NCBI RefSeq assembly: GCF_018350175.1
Contig: NC_058369.1
Coordinates: 27,840,001-27,904,000, forward strand
Source: Felis catus
Lineage: Eukaryota
DNA: 64,000 nt
Reading direction: 5' to 3'
The translations under genes were made by a program, and so were the position numbers. Below, piece by piece: positions 61,860-64,000 of the stretch. Within the stretch, counting starts at the first letter, position 1. Each line of letters begins with the position of its first letter. A model generated the notes under the pieces. The model had not been told where the DNA came from and made no database searches. It saw only the letters and a program-made list of their open reading frames with translations.

Positions 61860-64000
61860 TGCTGAAAGCAGCTCTTCAAGTTGGAATAAAAGGACATTCA
61901 TTAATTGCATGAAAATATATTATACACCGATAAAGGTAAGTATATAGTGAAAATCAAAACACTCTAATACTATAATATGGTGATGTGTTAACCACTTTAA
62001 TGAGAAGATTAGATGACAGAACTATTAATAGTAACTACAACTATATCAATGTGTTGATGAAGGCACAATATAAAAAGAGGTAAAGGGTGACATCAAAACA
62101 TAAAAAGGGGAGATTAAAGAACAGAGTTTTTGTATGCAATCAAAGGTAAGCTGTTATCAGCATAAAATAGACCATTAGATCTAGAAGATGTTTTATGTAA
62201 GCCTCATGGTAACCACAAAGCAAAAACCTACAGTAGATATACAAAAGACAAGGAGAAGGGAATCAAGACATAGCACCATAGAAAATCATCAACTCACAAA
62301 GGAAGACAGAAAGAGAGGAAGAAAGGAATAAGAGAAAAGCTTAAGATGGCATTAATACAAAACAATTTTTAGGAAATTTAAGAAGGTTGAAATCATACCA
62401 AGGATTTGTTTTCCCCACCACAATGGAATGAAATCAGAAATCAACAAGAGGAAAGCTGGAACATCTACAAGCTTCTGGAAACTAAACAACACCATCCTGA
62501 ACAAACAACAGGCCAAAGAGGAAGTTGAAAAAATATCTGAAAACAAATAAAAATGGAAACACAACACAGTCACACCTATGGGATGCTGTAAAAACAATTC
62601 TTAGAGGGAAGTTTATAGTGATAAATACATATAGGAAGATCACAAATAAATATCCTGGCTTTACACCTGAAGGAACTAGCAAAAGAAGTCCAAAGATAAC
62701 AAAACGAAGGAAGTAACAAAGATGAGAGCAGAAATCAATGAGGTAGAAATCAGAAACACAATAGAAAAGATCAATACAACTAAGAGCTGATTTTTTTGAA
62801 AGATAAAACAGACAAACTGTTAGCTAGACTAAGGAAAAAAAATACTAAAAATCATAAATTAAAAATATATTACAAATGATACTACAGAAATACATAGGAT
62901 CATAACAGACTACTATGAACAATTATATGCCAATAAACCAGATAACCTGGAAGAAATGAACAAATACTTCTGTAGAAACACATAACGTACCAAAGAATGA
63001 ATCACAAAGGAATAGAAAATCTGAAGACACTAATAATGAGTAAGGAGATTTTATCACTAATCAAAATCTTCCCAACACAGAAAAGCCCAGGAACAAATGG
63101 CTTCACTGGTGAATTCTACAAAACTTTTGGAGAAGAATTAACACCAATGCTTCGTAAACTGTTTCAAAATACTGAACAGGGAACACTGCCAAAACCATTT
63201 TACAAAGCCAGCATAACCCTGATACCAAAACCAGCTAAGGACACTGCAAGAGAACAGACCAATATCCCTGAAGAATATAGATGCAAAGATTCTTGACAAA
63301 GTAATAGAAAGACAAATTCAACAATACATTATCAATAACACATTAAAAGGATCATATACCATAACTATGTGGGATTTATTGTTGGGATTCAAGAATGTTT
63401 CAACACAGACTAATCAATAAATATGATACATCACATTAAATACAATGAAAGACAAAAATCATATGATCATTTCAACAGGTGCAAGAAAAGTATTTGACAA
63501 AATACAACATCATTTCATATGAAAAACTGTCAACAAATTGGGTACAGAAGAAACATACCTCAACATAATAAAGGCAGTATATGGTAAACCCACAGATAAC
63601 ATGATACTCAATAATGAAAGATTGAAAGCTTTTCCTCTAAGCCCAGGAACAGGACAGTGGGGCCCACTCTTATCACTCCTGGTCAACATAGTACTAGAAG
63701 TCCCAAGCAGAGCAAGTAGGCAGGTCAAGGAAATAAAAAGCATCCAATCCGAGCAGGAATTAACCTGTTGTTAATTACAGGTGATATGTTCTTATATATA
63801 AAAATTCCAAAAGACTCAACCAAAATACCCTTTAAACTAATCAACAAGTTCAGTAAAGTTGTAGGACATAAAATCAACATACAAGCGGTTGTGTTTCTAT
63901 ACAGTAACAACTAAATATCTGAAAGAGAAAATTAAAAAAAAACTATCCCATTTTCAATGGCATGAAAACCAATAAAATGCTTAGGAATAAACATAACTGA
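61860..64000 (+). mobile_element. Old L1M element (inter-ORF region and decayed ORF2), runs off the window
   Basis: Fragments [64 protein letters not shown]; many frameshifts; most of the EN domain is deleted just after the ORF2 start near 62346. Confidence 0.9.

Overview
This is mammalian, repeat-rich, AT-rich non-coding DNA, almost certainly from a felid: it carries 16 tRNA-derived Can-SINEs of the SINEC_Fc type and L1s with cat-type 3' UTRs. I cannot recognise any intact host protein-coding gene, RNA gene, CRISPR array or prokaryote-type system, and the only real protein homology is to decayed LINE-1 ORF1/ORF2. The most striking structure is a nested retrotransposon stack at 19543-28239. 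An old L1 3' fragment holds a Can-SINE, whose tail holds a full-length felid L1, whose ORF2 holds both a young SINE and a second 5'-truncated L1. Target-site duplications (TSDs) are readable at every level. The rest is ancient MIR, L2, LTR and hAT/Tc2 relics, microsatellites and several tiny TSD-flanked insertion scars. A few repeat-free, motif-dense segments look like enhancers, and one (17.7-18.05 kb) may be a minus-strand alternative promoter or exon. Repeat family names come from my memory of consensus sequences and need confirmation with RepeatMasker/Dfam. I found nothing I can honestly call a new biological system.
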